DNA of 61,195 bases, from contig MTMY01000031.1 of NCBI GenBank assembly GCA_002010215.1, forward strand, positions 62,001-123,195, in the 5' to 3' direction. Under the pieces are notes generated by a model. That model saw only the letters and a program-made list of their open reading frames with translations. It was not told the origin of the DNA and made no database searches. Positions 1 to 12,533 of the stretch are shown here, one piece after another (the stretch's first letter is position 1; each line of letters starts with the position of its first letter). The stretch is from Archaeoglobus sp. JdFR-37 (GTDB lineage Archaea; Halobacteriota; Archaeoglobi; Archaeoglobales; Archaeoglobaceae). A program made the translations under genes and the position numbers.

Positions 1-682
1 GAATGCGGAGTGGCTTGTCAACAGGCTTCTCTGGGGGCTTGAACATATCCAAGGCTTCAAATATGGTCGGACCGTTATACCAAGGTGTTCTCTCACTCTT
101 CTTGAGGATATTGTCACCATTGTATGCAGACACTGGGATGAACGGAACCTGATCAGGTTTGTAGCCAACCATCTGGATGAGCTTTGCAACCTGTTCCTTG
201 ACTTCCTCGTATTTCTTCTGATCGTAGTTAACTCTGTCCATCTTGTTTATTGCTACTATGAGCTGGTTGATACCTAGGGTTCTTGCAAGAAAGACGTGTT
301 CTTTCGTCTGTGGCTGGACACCCTCAGCAGCATCAACGACCAGAACAGCACCATCTGCCTGAGAGGCGCCGGTAATCATGTTCTTGATGAAGTCCTTGTG
401 GCCTGGGCAGTCCACAATTGTAACTTCGAACTTCTGGGTCTGGAATTTCCTGTGTGCTACATCTATTGTCAGACCTCTCTCCCTCTCCTCTTTGAGCCTG
501 TCCATAACCCATGCAAACTCGAAAGTAGCCTTACCCTTCTCCTGTGCCTCTTTTCTATACTTCTCAATAATATGCTCTGGAATTTCTCCAGCTTCATAGA
601 GCAATCTTCCAATAAGGGTCGACTTTCCGTGGTCTACGTGCCCGATCATGGCAACGTTAATGTGCTCCTTCTCCTTTGCCAT
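1..682 (-). CDS. tuf: Translation elongation factor EF-1alpha (N-terminal part, runs off window)
   Basis: Manual minus-strand translation from ATG 682: [22 protein letters not shown]...[20 protein letters not shown]...NKMD; follows fusA. Confidence 0.97.
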   Translation of the reverse strand, partial: MAKEKEHINVAMIGHVDHGKSTLIGRLLYEAGEIPEHIIEKYRKEAQEKGKATFEFAWVMDRLKEERERGLTIDVAHRKFQTQKFEVTIVDCPGHKDFIKNMITGASQADGAVLVVDAAEGVQPQTKEHVFLARTLGINQLIVAINKMDRVNYDQKKYEEVKEQVAKLIQMVGYKPDQVPFIPVSAYNGDNILKKSERTPWYNGPTIFEALDMFKPPEKPVDKPLRI

Positions 683-733
683 ATCACATCATCCTCCCTT
701 TTTTCTCTTTTAGAGGGGCTAAAAATTTGTGGG

Positions 734-748
734 TATATAAAACTTTCA
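734..748 (-). promoter_or_regulatory. Putative internal BRE/TATA promoter for tuf
   Basis: Minus strand reads GAAAGTTTTATATA directly after the fusA stop, about 50 nt upstream of the tuf ATG. Confidence 0.5.
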
Positions 749-2932
749 CCCTACAAAGTCCTCAGGCTTTGGAAGCTCAAGCTTCAAGCCTTTCCTTTTT
801 CTTACCTCCATAACAAAGTTTTCAAGCAATCCCTGTGGGATGGGTTCAAATCCTGCATGTTCAACACTCCACAAAGCCTTACCTGATGTTGCACTTCTTA
901 TAGCTCCCGCAAATCCAAACATTTCCTTAACAGGAGCCTTTGCAACCACTGTCACCATATCTCCTTCTGTGCGCATCTCCAGTATCTGCCCCCTTCTTCC
1001 CTGAATCTCTTTGGTAACATTGCCGAGCATGTCCTGTGGGACGGTGATGAAGACCTTCTGATATGGTTCCAGCAGTGTCGGCTGAGCCTGGAGTACAGCC
1101 GCGAATATGGCAGATCTGACAGCAGGAATCACCTGAGCTGGACCTCTGTGGACAGCATCTTCGTGGAGCTTACAGTCAACCAGCTTAACCTTAACACCCA
1201 TCATGGGTTCTCTTGCCAGCGGACCTGCTCTCATAGCTTCTCTGAAACCCTCCAGTATTAATTCCATGGTCTCATTCAGGTATTGAATACCCTTTGTGAC
1301 ATCGCAGAACACGTTACCCTCGTAGTACTCCTGAATTCCTGCTGCCTCCTCTTTGGCAAGTCCTGCTTCTTCAAGAATTCTCCTGCGCTCCTTCTTATCC
1401 ATCTTCATGTCTACTTCGCCCTCTTTGAACTTCCTGATTACCTCTTGCGGGAGGGGTTCGACGGTTATGTAGAATCTATTGTGCTTGTTTGGTGATTTAC
1501 CTTCAACAACAGGTGAAGTTGAGGTTACAGTTTCTCTGAAGACCACGATGGGCGGGGATGTAACAACATCGATACCGAAATCTCTTCTTATCCTCTCAAC
1601 TCTCACCTCAAGATGCAGCTCACCCATTCCGCTCATCAGGTGCTCTCCTGTTTCCTCATTAAGGGTAACTTGAAGGGTCGGGTCCTCTTTTGCAAGTTTT
1701 CTCAGCACTTCAATCAGCTTCGGGAGGTCCCTTGGGTTCTTGGCTTCGATAGCCATTGTAACAACCGGCTCGCTGATGTGCTTGATGGACTCAAACGGCA
1801 CAAAATTCTCCAGATTGCTGCAGGTTGAACCGGCAACAGCATCCTTAAGACCTACAACAGCCACTATGTTGCCAGCAGGGATTTCCGGCACTTCTACACG
1901 CCTTGGCCCCATGAAGAGGCCGATGGTCTGGACTCTGTTCTTTGTCTTTCTGTCAATCAGGAACAGCTCAAGCCCCGGCTTCAGCGTTCCGCTGTAAAGT
2001 CTACCGACTGCAACTTCGCCTGCATGTGGGTCTGACACGATTTTTGTGATCATGAGAGCGATGGGGCCATTGGGATCACACTTAACCATTGCCTGACCCT
2101 CATTGCTGGTAGCATCTCCTTTCCAGATGACCGGTATTCTCTCCTTCTGGGCCTCAATGGGGGAGGGTAGGTGCTTAATGACCATGTCGAGTACAACTCT
2201 GTGGAGGGGGGTTTTCTTGGCAAGCTCTCTTGCGTTATCTGCTTTAAGGTAGTCATAAACTTCTTTAAAGCCCACACCAGTTTCTTTCATGGATGGAACA
2301 CTGACTGCCCACTTGTAGAGTGCACTTCCAAATGCTACGCTTCCGTTGGCAACGTCCACTTTCCATTTGTCGTATTTTTCTGGCCTGAGAGCCTTTATCA
2401 GCTTGTTAACCTCACCAATAACCTTGATGAGCTTGTTCTGCATTTCTTCAGGACCAAGTTCCAATTCTTTGATAAGCCTGTCAACTTTATTTACGAAGAG
2501 AACAGGCTTCACGTTCTCTCTCAAGGCCTGTCTTAATACAGTCTCAGTCTGGGGCATCACTCCTTCGACTGCATCGACAACGACGATAACTCCGTCCACA
2601 GCCCTCATTGCTCTTGTAACGTCTCCTCCGAAATCAACGTGTCCGGGGGTGTCAATCAAGTTGATGAGGTATTCCTCTCCACCATACTCATGAACCATCG
2701 ACACGTTGGCTGCGTTGATTGTGATGCCCCTCTCCTGCTCCTGCTCGTCAAAATCAAGGTAAAGCTGCTGACCGGCAAGCTCCTCGCTGATCATCCCCGC
2801 TCCTGCAAGAAGGTTATCACTCAACGTGGTTTTGCCGTGATCAATATGGGCGATAATACCCATGTTTCTTATTTTGTCAGGCTTCCACATCAGATCTTTT
2901 ATCTTATCAACCATTTTCTTGGCTCTTGTCAT
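746..2932 (-). CDS. fusA: Translation elongation factor EF-2
   Basis: [26 protein letters not shown] GTPase motifs; diphthamide loop [11 protein letters not shown] 2932 preferred (track starts 2941). Confidence 0.98.
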   Translation of the reverse strand: MTRAKKMVDKIKDLMWKPDKIRNMGIIAHIDHGKTTLSDNLLAGAGMISEELAGQQLYLDFDEQEQERGITINAANVSMVHEYGGEEYLINLIDTPGHVDFGGDVTRAMRAVDGVIVVVDAVEGVMPQTETVLRQALRENVKPVLFVNKVDRLIKELELGPEEMQNKLIKVIGEVNKLIKALRPEKYDKWKVDVANGSVAFGSALYKWAVSVPSMKETGVGFKEVYDYLKADNARELAKKTPLHRVVLDMVIKHLPSPIEAQKERIPVIWKGDATSNEGQAMVKCDPNGPIALMITKIVSDPHAGEVAVGRLYSGTLKPGLELFLIDRKTKNRVQTIGLFMGPRRVEVPEIPAGNIVAVVGLKDAVAGSTCSNLENFVPFESIKHISEPVVTMAIEAKNPRDLPKLIEVLRKLAKEDPTLQVTLNEETGEHLMSGMGELHLEVRVERIRRDFGIDVVTSPPIVVFRETVTSTSPVVEGKSPNKHNRFYITVEPLPQEVIRKFKEGEVDMKMDKKERRRILEEAGLAKEEAAGIQEYYEGNVFCDVTKGIQYLNETMELILEGFREAMRAGPLAREPMMGVKVKLVDCKLHEDAVHRGPAQVIPAVRSAIFAAVLQAQPTLLEPYQKVFITVPQDMLGNVTKEIQGRRGQILEMRTEGDMVTVVAKAPVKEMFGFAGAIRSATSGKALWSVEHAGFEPIPQGLLENFVMEVRKRKGLKLELPKPEDFVG

Positions 2933-2937
2933 TGTTA

Positions 2938-3522
2938 TCACCTAGCAGACTTGGCCACTCTTTCAACCTCTTCCTTCTTGGCAACTGCATAACTTCTGCT
3001 CTCGTTGTTGGCAGCAGCCATAATTTCATCGGCTAGACAGGCTGCAATACTTCTCTTTGATTTGAAGGCAGCCCTTCTTGCCCCTTCAGCAATATTTCTC
3101 AAGGCAATATCTAACCTTCGCAAGCTTGAGGTGTCAACAGAACGGGGAACGGCTATACCTCCGTACTTCAGCCTGACAACCTCTTCACGAGGCCCGGCGT
3201 TGATTATAGCATCTACGAGAACCTGAATGGGGTTCTTTTTTGTCTTCTTCTCTATGATCTCAAAAGCCTCTTTTACAATATTATAGGCCAGTATTTTCTT
3301 CCCTGTGTTGTGCTCTTTTCTCATAACTTTGTTTATCAGCCTCTCAACGATGAACACTTTCTGCTTCCCGAAGGGGACCCTCGCGTGCCTTCCATGAACG
3401 TGTGGGACGTAGCGAGGTTCAAGACATATGTAGTTCTTCAATGCTGGGTCACTGACTTCAACCTCACTTACATCGTACTTTCCGAATACAAGCAGTTCTT
3501 CCTTGGTAAATCCGTATTTCAT
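2938..3522 (-). CDS. rps7: 30S ribosomal protein S7 (uS7)
   Basis: [10 protein letters not shown]...GPREE...[15 protein letters not shown]; position in str cluster. Confidence 0.97.
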   Translation of the reverse strand: MKYGFTKEELLVFGKYDVSEVEVSDPALKNYICLEPRYVPHVHGRHARVPFGKQKVFIVERLINKVMRKEHNTGKKILAYNIVKEAFEIIEKKTKKNPIQVLVDAIINAGPREEVVRLKYGGIAVPRSVDTSSLRRLDIALRNIAEGARRAAFKSKRSIAACLADEIMAAANNESRSYAVAKKEEVERVAKSAR

Positions 3523-3526
3523 CCCA

Positions 3527-3955
3527 TCACCTCAGTGGTTTCTCTTTTCTGCCTTTCCAGAGCTCCTTCAGGCTGGTATTGTTAACCTTGATAACCTTAA
3601 ACCTGACACCCGGGATGTCTCCCATGCTCCTTCCCATTCTACCGCCTATCCTCTCCACAATGACTTCATCATGCTCGTCAATGAAGTTAATTGATCCATC
3701 TCCAGGTGTGAATGCAGTAACCTGCTTTCCGTTCTTTATCAACTGAACCCTGACAGCCTTTCTTATCCCTGAATTGGGCTGCCTTGCCTCTATTCCAAGC
3801 TTCTCCAGCACTATTCCTCTTGCCATCGGCGCACCTTCCAGCGGGTCAGCCTTCACGTTGAGTTCTAGCGTCCTGCGTACGAACCTCTTATCACTCCACC
3901 TGAACTTCTTTCTGTTCTCGATAAGCTTTCTTGCAGCAAACAATCCTCTGCCCAT
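3527..3955 (-). CDS. rps12: 30S ribosomal protein S12 (uS12)
   Basis: GLFAARKL...[22 protein letters not shown]...[10 protein letters not shown]. Confidence 0.97.
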   Translation of the reverse strand: MGRGLFAARKLIENRKKFRWSDKRFVRRTLELNVKADPLEGAPMARGIVLEKLGIEARQPNSGIRKAVRVQLIKNGKQVTAFTPGDGSINFIDEHDEVIVERIGGRMGRSMGDIPGVRFKVIKVNNTSLKELWKGRKEKPLR

Positions 3956-4005
3956 CTTTACCACCTACTTTACGCCTGCTTGATTCCATTTCACCCTATT
4001 TCACC

Positions 4006-4425
4006 CTATTTCACGACGATATCTTCAATATCGTGATGTCTCCTCACCAACTCTTTGGCTTTATTTATATTTTTCCCGCCCTTTCCTATCACGAGTCCCT
4101 TGTACTGGGGATTGACACTAACTACAGCCACTTTCTTACCGTCTTTTTCTATCAACTTTGCAGTAACGCGGATCGGTTTAAAAATATTGGTGATAAATTC
4201 CACAGCATCATCACTGTGCTCTACAACTTCTATTTTCTTACCTATCAGCTCTTTGGCTTTCTCAATGTTGATTCCGCCTTTGCCTATGGCGAGCCCCATG
4301 TCACCCTTCTTTACCACAAAAATTACCCTGTCATCTTCAACAATACAGTCTTTAACACTCGCTCCCGTGAGACTTTCAAAAAGGGTTAAAAATCTGATAC
4401 TTTCTGTTGATAGTTTTACTCCCAT
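4006..4425 (-). CDS. nusA: Archaeal NusA-like KH-domain transcription factor
   Basis: Two KH GxxG motifs (AIGKGG, VIGKGG); canonical position between L30e and S12. Confidence 0.95.
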   Translation of the reverse strand: MGVKLSTESIRFLTLFESLTGASVKDCIVEDDRVIFVVKKGDMGLAIGKGGINIEKAKELIGKKIEVVEHSDDAVEFITNIFKPIRVTAKLIEKDGKKVAVVSVNPQYKGLVIGKGGKNINKAKELVRRHHDIEDIVVK

Positions 4426-4448
4426 GCTTCTCTCCTCTCAAAATAAAG

Positions 4449-4742
4449 TTATTGTTCAGCAGCTGCAAGTATCTCTGATTCACCAGCATCAACTATTGCA
4501 ATGGCAGCAACGCTGAATGGCTTTCCACATACAGCTCCAAGATCCATGTTGGTTCCCTCAAACATGACTACTGGCACGTTGAAGCTCTTTATTTTTTCAA
4601 AGAATTCTTCGGGACAGTTACTTGCAACTACAACCATTCTTGCTTCTCCATTCTTGAGGGCTTTTATTGTTCTTTTACTCCCGAGGTATACTTTTCCGGT
4701 TTTAATCGCTCTTCTGAGAGCTCTTTCTAAATTCACTTTCAT
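4449..4742 (-). CDS. rpl30e: 50S ribosomal protein L30e
   Basis: [13 protein letters not shown]...ASNCP...LGAVCGKPF. Confidence 0.96.
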   Translation of the reverse strand: MKVNLERALRRAIKTGKVYLGSKRTIKALKNGEARMVVVASNCPEEFFEKIKSFNVPVVMFEGTNMDLGAVCGKPFSVAAIAIVDAGESEILAAAEQ

Positions 4743-5881
4743 TTGTTATCCCCTCCCATATTTATTTTGGCTATCAGCTCAACATCTCCTGTTCCGAGCC
4801 TGATAGGCTGTCCAACTATTATGTTTTCGGTTATACCGCTGAGATTGTCTATATCTCCCCTCACTGCAGCCTCCAGCAAATTGTTAACTGTCATTTCGAA
4901 AGCTGCTCTAGCAAGAATACTCTGTTTCTCTCCAGCCACACCGTGTCTCCCAACCTGTTTTAACTCTCCATCCACAGTCATGACGTCTGCTACAAGCATG
5001 AGGTGCCTCAGATCCACCTCAAGACCCTGTTCTTCCAGAGTTGAGATCGCTTCCCTTATAAGTGCGCTTCTGGCAGCCTCGATTCCAAGAACTTCGTAAA
5101 TTTCATAAATGTTGTTTGTTGTGGTCCTAGAAAAGTCGACTCCTTTAATCTTCATCACCTTTTTCAGATTTGAACCCTCGGTGTAAAGTACGTATTCTTC
5201 TCCCTCTTTTCGGATAATTACTCTTCTAATCTCCTTTATACCCATCAAAACAAGCTTTCTGAGCTTTTCAAAGGTATCCATTAATGTCTTGAAGGATGGT
5301 TCGGCGATCTGGACAACAAGCTTCCTACCCTCTTCTACAACCTCGGTCTTGAGCCCCTTCTCAATCTTCTTTTTGAGCTCGTCAAAGCTGAACCCCTTCC
5401 TTTCCAGAGCCCTCTCATCAGGAGTGATGACTATCCTCATGTTCCTTATATCTGTGGCTACATCGGCAATGTCAGTTATGTATGTAGCCTCAATCCTGTT
5501 GGCAACCTCCTTGGCTTTATTTCTGTCTTTGGCATACTCCTCTGTAAGCCTTATGGTCATCATTGGTGTGGACGGGTTTTTCCTGACATCAAGTATCTCG
5601 ATAAGTCTTGGAAGTCCCAGAGTAACGTTGATTTCGGCAACTCCGGCGTAGTGGAACGTCCTCATTGTCATCTGTGTACCGGGCTCACCTATTGACTGGG
5701 CGGCAACTATGCCGGCAGCCTCTCCGGGCTCAACTAGATTGCTCAAATATGCTTGGTAGCATTTCTCTACTATCTTCTTGGCAATCTTCTTTGTGGGTTT
5801 TATCTTTTCCAGTTCATTTAGAATTTCTTTCCTGAGACTTTCAGGAAAAGGATAGGGGTCAACAACATCTTCATAAACCAT
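4739..5881 (-). CDS. rpoA2: RNA polymerase subunit A'' (Rpo1C)
   Basis: [21 protein letters not shown] trigger loop; ATG 5881 preceded by GGAGGT. Confidence 0.97.
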   Translation of the reverse strand: MVYEDVVDPYPFPESLRKEILNELEKIKPTKKIAKKIVEKCYQAYLSNLVEPGEAAGIVAAQSIGEPGTQMTMRTFHYAGVAEINVTLGLPRLIEILDVRKNPSTPMMTIRLTEEYAKDRNKAKEVANRIEATYITDIADVATDIRNMRIVITPDERALERKGFSFDELKKKIEKGLKTEVVEEGRKLVVQIAEPSFKTLMDTFEKLRKLVLMGIKEIRRVIIRKEGEEYVLYTEGSNLKKVMKIKGVDFSRTTTNNIYEIYEVLGIEAARSALIREAISTLEEQGLEVDLRHLMLVADVMTVDGELKQVGRHGVAGEKQSILARAAFEMTVNNLLEAAVRGDIDNLSGITENIIVGQPIRLGTGDVELIAKINMGGDNK

Positions 5882-5913
5882 GATTATACCTCCCCAATAC
5901 AATTTTCTATCTC

Positions 5914-8532
5914 CTACACTTCCTTACCTTCTTCGGCCATAACTTCCCTGATTATTCTTTTGACATCAACAGCCTTGCCTCTGAAGCTCTTCATGGGATC
6001 CACACCGTCCTCACCATATCTGAACTGAACCAGCATGTTGGATGTCTGTTCTCTGATGGTACCATCGTAATCCACTTTTAGATCTTGCAACGCATTAATC
6101 AGACGGCGCTGCAGATAACCTGACTGAGATGTTCTGACAGCAGTGTCAACCAGACCCTCTCTACCACCAACAGCATGGAAGAAGAATTCAACGGGGGTAA
6201 GACCGTCTTTATAACTACTCTTGACGAATCCTCTTGCCTCTGCTCCCAGATCTCCTGGTGTGAAGTGGGGGAGTGTTCTGTTGGAGTATGTATAGCCTCT
6301 GCCGATACGCTCTCCTCTCACCGACTGCTGACCTATGCAGGCCGCCATCTGGGTAAGGTTCAGCATTGAACCTCTGGCTCCACTTACAGCCATTATGACT
6401 GCTGGATTGTCCATACCAAGGAACTGACTGGCAATCTTACCTGCTTGGTCTCTTGCCCTGCCAAGAACCTGCATTATCCTCATTTCCAGTGTTTCCTCCA
6501 CAGTTCTACCTGGCATTGGCTCAAGGTTTCCTTCTCTGTAAGCCTGAATTAACTCATCAACTTTCCTTTCAGCCTCTTTTATAAGGTCTCGGATCTGCTT
6601 TTTAGCATCATCTGGAATATCTTCGTCGCTGATGCCAAAGGAGAAACCGGCGTTCATTATCGCTCTTATCGCCAACTGAGTCATGTTATCTATGAACTTC
6701 CTAGTTTCCTCACTTCCAAACTTCCTCATGATCTCATCAATTATTATGCCCTTGAATGCCCCAACCGCCTTTTCATCAATTGTGCCGGTTATGAGTTCAC
6801 CATCCCTTATAACCACATAAGCGTCATTTTCACACTCCTCTCCCTTGCACTCCTCACAGTTCTGGCATATTTCGGCCTTGAATTCAATGGTTATGTCTGG
6901 TAATATCATGCTGAAGATCTGCTTGCCTGTCCACATGTCATCGTATTTTGGCTCAGGTAGCTTGGTAATGTTGAGAGGGCGAATTATTGACATTACTTCC
7001 TCCTTTGTGAAGTTCTTCTCCCCTCTCGTCAGCAGATACAACCCGCTTATGTGGTCGTGAATCCCACCAATGATTGGGCCACCAAAACGTGGAGACAGAA
7101 TTTGCTCCTGAACCGTCATCAAAATCTTGGCCTCTGCTTGTGCCTCTAAGCTTTGAGGGACATGAAGGTTCATCTCATCTCCATCAAAATCAGCGTTATA
7201 AGGTGGGCAGACTGCAGGATTCAGGCGGAAGGTTTTGTAGGGTAGGACTCTCACATAATGAGCCATAATGCTCATTCTGTGCAGTGAGGGCTGTCTGTTG
7301 AAAAGAACGATATCCCCATCCTTCAACTGTCTCTCCACAATCCAGCCGGGCTCAAGCTTCTCTGCCAGCTCTTCCCTGTTGGAATCCATTACTCTGATTC
7401 TCCTCCCATCCGGCCTTATGACGTAGTTAGCCTTGGGATGCTCTGTTCGCATTATGTACTCTCTTGCCTCCTCGACATTCTTGTCGGTCACGTAAATCGG
7501 AACCGTGAGCTCTTCAGCAACCACTAGTGGAACCCCCACCTCATTTATACTGAGGTTTGGATCAGGAGAAATGACAGTTCGAGCAGAGAAGTTCACACGC
7601 TTGCCTGACAGTGAACCTCTGAAACGCCCCTCTTTACCCTTCAAACGCTGGGCAAGAGTCTTCAAGGGTCTGCCGCTTCTGTGTCTTGCAGGCGGAATAC
7701 CGCTCACTTCATTGTCTAAGTATGTGGTCACGTGATACTGCAAAAGCTCCCAAAGGTCTTCTAGGATGAGTTGGGGAGCTCCAGCCTCTTTATTCTCCAT
7801 AAATCTCTGGTTGATTCTGATTATGTCAACAAGCTTGTGGGTCAGATCATCTTCGCTTCTCTGGCCGGTTTCGAGGATAATGGATGGCCTTACTGTGACT
7901 GGTGGAACTGGTAAGACTGTAAGCACCAGCCATTCAGGACGTACAGCTTTGGGATCCATACCAAAAGCGGGCAGATCATCATCAGGAATCTTTTCAAGTC
8001 TCTCTCTCACATCTTTGGGTGTTAAACGGTGTTCATTCTCGTAAAAGAATGTTGGTTTGTCAAACTTCACTTCCATTTGCTCTGTTTCACAATGAGGGCA
8101 CTTTTTGATGCCTTTTGTAACCCTGAAAACTTCTTTTACTATGTCTTCAAAGTCCTGTCCAAGCTCCCTGCTTTTCTCGATCTCCGCTATGAATTTATCC
8201 CTTTTCTCATTTTTCAGAAGAATTCTTCCACATTCTCTACATGTGGCATTCAGGAGTTTCCCGATAAGTTTGGCGTATCCTACATGTATGACCGGGGCTG
8301 CAAGCTCGATATGTCCGAAATGCCCAGGACACTCTCCTGCTTTAGCTCCACACGTCCTACATTTCAGACCGGGGTCAATAACACCCAGCCTTGTATCCAT
8401 CAGCCCACCTTCAATTGGAAAACCATCATCATCGTAGGTTTCGGGGGTGATGATTTTTGCGACACTCATGCGTCGTACTTCTTGGGGGCTTAAAACCTCA
8501 AATTTAATTGATGATACTCTTTTGGGGATCAT
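5914..8532 (-). CDS. rpoA1: RNA polymerase subunit A' (Rpo1N)
   Basis: Catalytic [18 protein letters not shown] zinc motif. Confidence 0.98.
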   Translation of the reverse strand: MIPKRVSSIKFEVLSPQEVRRMSVAKIITPETYDDDGFPIEGGLMDTRLGVIDPGLKCRTCGAKAGECPGHFGHIELAAPVIHVGYAKLIGKLLNATCRECGRILLKNEKRDKFIAEIEKSRELGQDFEDIVKEVFRVTKGIKKCPHCETEQMEVKFDKPTFFYENEHRLTPKDVRERLEKIPDDDLPAFGMDPKAVRPEWLVLTVLPVPPVTVRPSIILETGQRSEDDLTHKLVDIIRINQRFMENKEAGAPQLILEDLWELLQYHVTTYLDNEVSGIPPARHRSGRPLKTLAQRLKGKEGRFRGSLSGKRVNFSARTVISPDPNLSINEVGVPLVVAEELTVPIYVTDKNVEEAREYIMRTEHPKANYVIRPDGRRIRVMDSNREELAEKLEPGWIVERQLKDGDIVLFNRQPSLHRMSIMAHYVRVLPYKTFRLNPAVCPPYNADFDGDEMNLHVPQSLEAQAEAKILMTVQEQILSPRFGGPIIGGIHDHISGLYLLTRGEKNFTKEEVMSIIRPLNITKLPEPKYDDMWTGKQIFSMILPDITIEFKAEICQNCEECKGEECENDAYVVIRDGELITGTIDEKAVGAFKGIIIDEIMRKFGSEETRKFIDNMTQLAIRAIMNAGFSFGISDEDIPDDAKKQIRDLIKEAERKVDELIQAYREGNLEPMPGRTVEETLEMRIMQVLGRARDQAGKIASQFLGMDNPAVIMAVSGARGSMLNLTQMAACIGQQSVRGERIGRGYTYSNRTLPHFTPGDLGAEARGFVKSSYKDGLTPVEFFFHAVGGREGLVDTAVRTSQSGYLQRRLINALQDLKVDYDGTIREQTSNMLVQFRYGEDGVDPMKSFRGKAVDVKRIIREVMAEEGKEV

Positions 8533-8541
8533 AAACTCACC

Positions 8542-10353
8542 TCACGCTTTATCTCCCAGCACCAAGCGGGGAGCAATCATCATTGATTTCAGTTCATCTA
8601 GCAGAAGCTTGAAGGCGTAACTCATCTCAACGCGATGTATGTTGGCATCATCGTCGCACACATGGCAGTAAGCCGTGTTTCGTCTGTAGTCGTAAGTTGC
8701 TACCTGTCCGCAGTTGGCGCAGACGTAGACTTCTACCTTATCTGACTCTTCAAGCAGCCTATCCTTAAGGAGCAAAGCAGCGCCATGGCCGATGAGCACA
8801 TCTCTCTCCATCTCTCCAAACCTCAGACCGCCTTTTCTAGCTCTGCCTTCTGTTGGCTGCCTAGTCAAAACCTGAACTGGCCCTCTGCTTCTGGCGTGCA
8901 TCTTGCCTGAGACCATGTGGTAGAGCTTCTGGTAGTAGATTACGCCTACAAAGATATCTACAACAAACCTCTTGCCTGTAATCCCATCATACATTACTTC
9001 CTTACCCGTATAGCTGAATCCGAACTTTTTCAGAGCCGCTCTTAGATCATCTTCCCTCTCACCGTGGAATGGGGTACCGTCAATTCTTCTTGCCTCCAGG
9101 CAGCCAACCTTACCACCAATCATTTCAAGCACGTGCCCAACAGTCATTCTCGAAGGGATGGCGTGGGGGTTAACTATCATGTCTGGCACAATGCCGCTTT
9201 CGGTGAATGGCATATCTTCTTCCGGCACAATGAGGCCGATAACACCTTTCTGTCCATGCCTTGAAGCGAATTTATCACCAAGCTCTGGAATTCTGAAATC
9301 CCTAACCCTCACTTTAGCAAGCTTTGAGCCATTTTCAGAAAGGGTCAGAAATACTGCATCTACTATTCCACTCTCGTTGGATCTCATAGTTATGGAGGTT
9401 TCCCTCCTCTTCTGCGGCGACACACCAAGCTCCGTGGGTTCCTCAAGGAATCTTGGTGGAGAAGTCTTACCTATGAGCACGTCATCCGGGCCCACCTCGG
9501 TTTCTGGAAAAACCAGCCCGTCCTCATCAAGGTGGGCGTAAGCTTCAACTCCCCTATAACCATTAACGTCACTTGGGGGAATTCCAAACTTATCCTCCTG
9601 TCCGCCTGGGTATCTCATCTCCTCAGTCTCATATGTTCTGAAGAAATGGCTCCTGCCAAGACCCCTTTCAATGCTTCCCCTGTTGAATATGAGGGCATCC
9701 TCAATGTTGTATCCTTCGTAGCTCAAGACGGCAACAACGAAATTCTGGCCAGCAGGTCTTTCATCAAACTTTATCTCTTTCTGGGTGTCGGTGGTGACGA
9801 TAGGGATTTGTGGGTAGTGGAGGAGATGACCTCTGGTATCAGCCCTCCATCCCAGATTAGCATATGGTAGTCCAAGGCTCTGTTTGATCATTGCTGCTCC
9901 CATGGTGTTTCTGGGGCTTGCGTTGTGCTCTGGATATGGAATCGAGCCAGTGCAGATTCCTACTATCAGTGAAGCATCAAGCTCAAGGTGAGTATGCTCA
10001 GGGGTAAGCTCCTCTTCATTTATAGCAATGTATGCGTTCTCCTCCTCTTCGGCATCCAAATACTCTATCAAACCCTGTTTAATCAGATCATCAAACTCGA
10101 TCTCACCATTTTTCAGCTTCTCAATATGCTCCTCTGTAACTAAGGGTTTTCCGTTCTTCACGACTATAAGGGGTCTTCTGGTTCTTCCAGGGTCGGTATT
10201 AATTCTCACCTCATTGCTATCCGGATAATAAACCACATTAACCTGATCGCTTATCTTACCCTTTCTTCTCAACTCCCTCAATTGGTTAGCGAGTTTTTCG
10301 CCACTTTCGTAAAATCCGATAAGGGCACCATTAACGTAAACTCTGGTCTTCAC
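8542..10353 (-). CDS. rpoB1: RNA polymerase subunit B' (Rpo2C)
   Basis: [21 protein letters not shown]-terminal CxxC/CxxC; GTG 10353 after GAGGTGA. Confidence 0.97.
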   Translation of the reverse strand: MKTRVYVNGALIGFYESGEKLANQLRELRRKGKISDQVNVVYYPDSNEVRINTDPGRTRRPLIVVKNGKPLVTEEHIEKLKNGEIEFDDLIKQGLIEYLDAEEEENAYIAINEEELTPEHTHLELDASLIVGICTGSIPYPEHNASPRNTMGAAMIKQSLGLPYANLGWRADTRGHLLHYPQIPIVTTDTQKEIKFDERPAGQNFVVAVLSYEGYNIEDALIFNRGSIERGLGRSHFFRTYETEEMRYPGGQEDKFGIPPSDVNGYRGVEAYAHLDEDGLVFPETEVGPDDVLIGKTSPPRFLEEPTELGVSPQKRRETSITMRSNESGIVDAVFLTLSENGSKLAKVRVRDFRIPELGDKFASRHGQKGVIGLIVPEEDMPFTESGIVPDMIVNPHAIPSRMTVGHVLEMIGGKVGCLEARRIDGTPFHGEREDDLRAALKKFGFSYTGKEVMYDGITGKRFVVDIFVGVIYYQKLYHMVSGKMHARSRGPVQVLTRQPTEGRARKGGLRFGEMERDVLIGHGAALLLKDRLLEESDKVEVYVCANCGQVATYDYRRNTAYCHVCDDDANIHRVEMSYAFKLLLDELKSMMIAPRLVLGDKA

Positions 10354-10358
10354 AAAAA

Positions 10359-11834
10359 TCACCTCGCTACTGGCTCAACACCAAATCCAAACAGTATCTC
10401 TTGGACTTCTTTCTCATCACATCCAACGCTAACCTCTGCATACTGGGCAAAATTCTTCACGAGACCACAGTTGGGCCCTTCAGGAGTCTCGCTGGGGCAT
10501 ATCCTTCCCCACTGGGTTGGGTGGAGATCACGTGCCTCGAAGTGGGGCTGAGAGCGTGAGAGTGGAGAAATAACTCTCCTCAGATGAGAGAGGACGCTGA
10601 TGTAGTTGTGCCTGTCAATAAGCTGGGAAACTCCTGTTCTACCACCAACCCAGTTTCCTGTTGCCATCGGATGCATTATCCTGTCTGTCAGCACATCGCT
10701 TCTTACAGCTGTTGACATCTTGAGCTGCCTGCCCCTTACCTTTGCTCTCTCAAGCTGGTATTTGACATCCTTAATAAGCCTGAGGAAAGCGACGCGGAAT
10801 ATTTCCTCCATAAGGTCGCCGGCAAGCTTGAGACGTTTGTTAGCGTAATGGTCTTTGTCATCCTCTCTTCTCATTCCAAGCGTTAATTCAAGAACAGCTT
10901 CTGCCATCCTTGCAAGGAAAAAGGCTTTTGGCCTTCTTGCCTCCTTCTCAACACCTATGTGGGGCAGAAAGTACTGATCCAGAACCTGATTTGCCCTCTC
11001 AATGCGATACTCCTTGCTCTGCCCTGGCGCAACCCTTCTCCCCAGATACTCTATAGCTTCTTCTTGGGTGTCAACCTCAGCTACTTCAACGTTCTCAAGC
11101 ATGAATTTCATTATCTCCGGGTTCTCACTGACCATTGTGACGATTTCCTGGTCAGTTTCAACCCCAAGAGCTTTCATCAGTACCACAAATTGTACCGGCT
11201 TTGGAAGTTGGGGGAAGGTAACTTCAAGAATGTTGTTTCTGTTCCTCTCCACAACCACCAGCGCTCTGTAACCGGACCGCTGACTGAAAACCTTTGCAAC
11301 TTCAATGGGCTCTCCATAGCGCTCCTCTCTTTCAAGAAGTATTTTGTTGGGTGCCAGATCTTCTAGAGTCATCAGGGCCCTTTCACTTCCGTTGATTATG
11401 AAATAACCGCCAGGGTCAAGGGGATCTTCGCCATATTTGGTGACGTCATCCACATCATTCAGATTGCACACCTTGGACTTTACCATGATGGGGAGCATTC
11501 CGATTTCGACCCATTCCTCATCCAGCTCTTTTCCGCCATCAATAACTTGGCACTGCAGATAAACAGGGGCTGCATAGGTCAGGTTCCTGAGCCTGGCCAT
11601 GGCAGGGTAAAGCGGGAGTCTGCTCCCTTCAGCCTCCTTCACTATAGGTCTTCCAACCTCAACCTTCCCCAGCTTGACGTAGGTGTCTGGGATATCTAGT
11701 TCTATTCTTCCCTGCTCATCAATAACTCTCTGAAGACCCTCATCCAGAAACCGATTGAATGAGTCTATCTGGTGCTTGACTAACCTCTCGTGAGTAAAAT
11801 ACTTCCTAGCAAGAACTCTTCTATCTAACGGCAT
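10359..11834 (-). CDS. rpoB2: RNA polymerase subunit B'' (Rpo2N)
   Basis: [38 protein letters not shown]. Confidence 0.97.
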   Translation of the reverse strand: MPLDRRVLARKYFTHERLVKHQIDSFNRFLDEGLQRVIDEQGRIELDIPDTYVKLGKVEVGRPIVKEAEGSRLPLYPAMARLRNLTYAAPVYLQCQVIDGGKELDEEWVEIGMLPIMVKSKVCNLNDVDDVTKYGEDPLDPGGYFIINGSERALMTLEDLAPNKILLEREERYGEPIEVAKVFSQRSGYRALVVVERNRNNILEVTFPQLPKPVQFVVLMKALGVETDQEIVTMVSENPEIMKFMLENVEVAEVDTQEEAIEYLGRRVAPGQSKEYRIERANQVLDQYFLPHIGVEKEARRPKAFFLARMAEAVLELTLGMRREDDKDHYANKRLKLAGDLMEEIFRVAFLRLIKDVKYQLERAKVRGRQLKMSTAVRSDVLTDRIMHPMATGNWVGGRTGVSQLIDRHNYISVLSHLRRVISPLSRSQPHFEARDLHPTQWGRICPSETPEGPNCGLVKNFAQYAEVSVGCDEKEVQEILFGFGVEPVAR

Positions 11835-11898
11835 TTAACCATACCTCCCTCTAAGTAGAAAAAATTCCATCTCAATTCGCAATAACTCTCCGCACTTT

Positions 11899-12129
11899 TC
11901 ATATAACAAGCCTGTAAACTACACTCTTTCCGGCTGTTGGGCTATCACGCACGATCCTTACTATATCTCCTGGTTTTGCTCCAATTTCCTTTGCAATTGG
12001 GTCATCAGCCCTAATTTTTGGAAGTTGCTCTTTCCTGACGTTCAATACCTTCAGAACTTCTTCAGCCTCTTCTTTACTCAACAATTCGTGTTTTGGAACC
12101 AGCATATGATCTTGCAGTTTCATCTTCAT
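11899..12129 (-). CDS. rpoH: RNA polymerase subunit H (Rpo5)
   Basis: [10 protein letters not shown]...LPKIRADDP...[13 protein letters not shown]. Confidence 0.96.
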   Translation of the reverse strand: MKMKLQDHMLVPKHELLSKEEAEEVLKVLNVRKEQLPKIRADDPIAKEIGAKPGDIVRIVRDSPTAGKSVVYRLVI

Positions 12130-12155
12130 CTCCTTCACCCAATTGAGAGGAGTTA

Positions 12156-12229
12156 CGGGCTCGACGGGATTTGAACCCGCGACCGACGGGTTAAAAGCCC
12201 GTCGCTCTGCCTGGCTGAGCTACGAGCCC
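12156..12229 (-). tRNA. tRNA-Lys (UUU), intronless, no encoded CCA
   Basis: GGGCTCGTAGCTCAGCCAGGCAGAGCGACGGGCTTTTAACCCGTCGGTCGCGGGTTCAAATCCCGTCGAGCCCG folds as a cloverleaf; anticodon TTT. Confidence 0.97.
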
Positions 12230-12253
12230 ATGTTCAGCATGCGGAGTTGCTGG

Positions 12254-12268
12254 ATATATATCTTTTTC
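12254..12268 (-). promoter_or_regulatory. BRE/TATA promoter of tRNA-Lys (possibly also the rpo operon)
   Basis: Minus strand GAAAAAGATATATAT about 26-38 nt upstream of the tRNA 5' end. Confidence 0.65.
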
Positions 12269-12418
12269 CCCGGGGTTTTTTGTGGTAGGTCTTAGCAAGT
12301 CTCCTACAATCATTTCCCAACTGTATTTGAAATTTTAGGTGAGTGAGAGGTATGTTGTTTCTTGGATTCATCCCCTCACAAACTTTACCTAAATCTCTGT
12401 TAATCATTTGTTGCTGCT

Positions 12419-12444
12419 AAGTTCCCTTGCGAAGGGTAGTTCAC
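12419..12444 (+). mobile_element. Possible IS200/IS605-family (tnpB) right-end remnant
   Basis: AAGTT-CCCTT-GCG-AAGGG-TAGTTCAC: GC hairpin followed by TAGTTCAC, resembling archaeal tnpB element 3' ends; related copy at 53446. Confidence 0.45.
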
Positions 12445-12533
12445 AAATCCTAGAACAAACTAATGACTAGCTCAGAACTTAGTGAGTAACTCAGAACCAC
12501 AAATTTTCTATCCTGATTGACAGAATTTATCAA

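Noticed and set aside
296..886. 196-aa plus-strand ORF, and the many similar antisense ORFs over rpo, ileS and hdrA
   Set aside because: Antisense shadows of clearly identified genes with no motifs of their own
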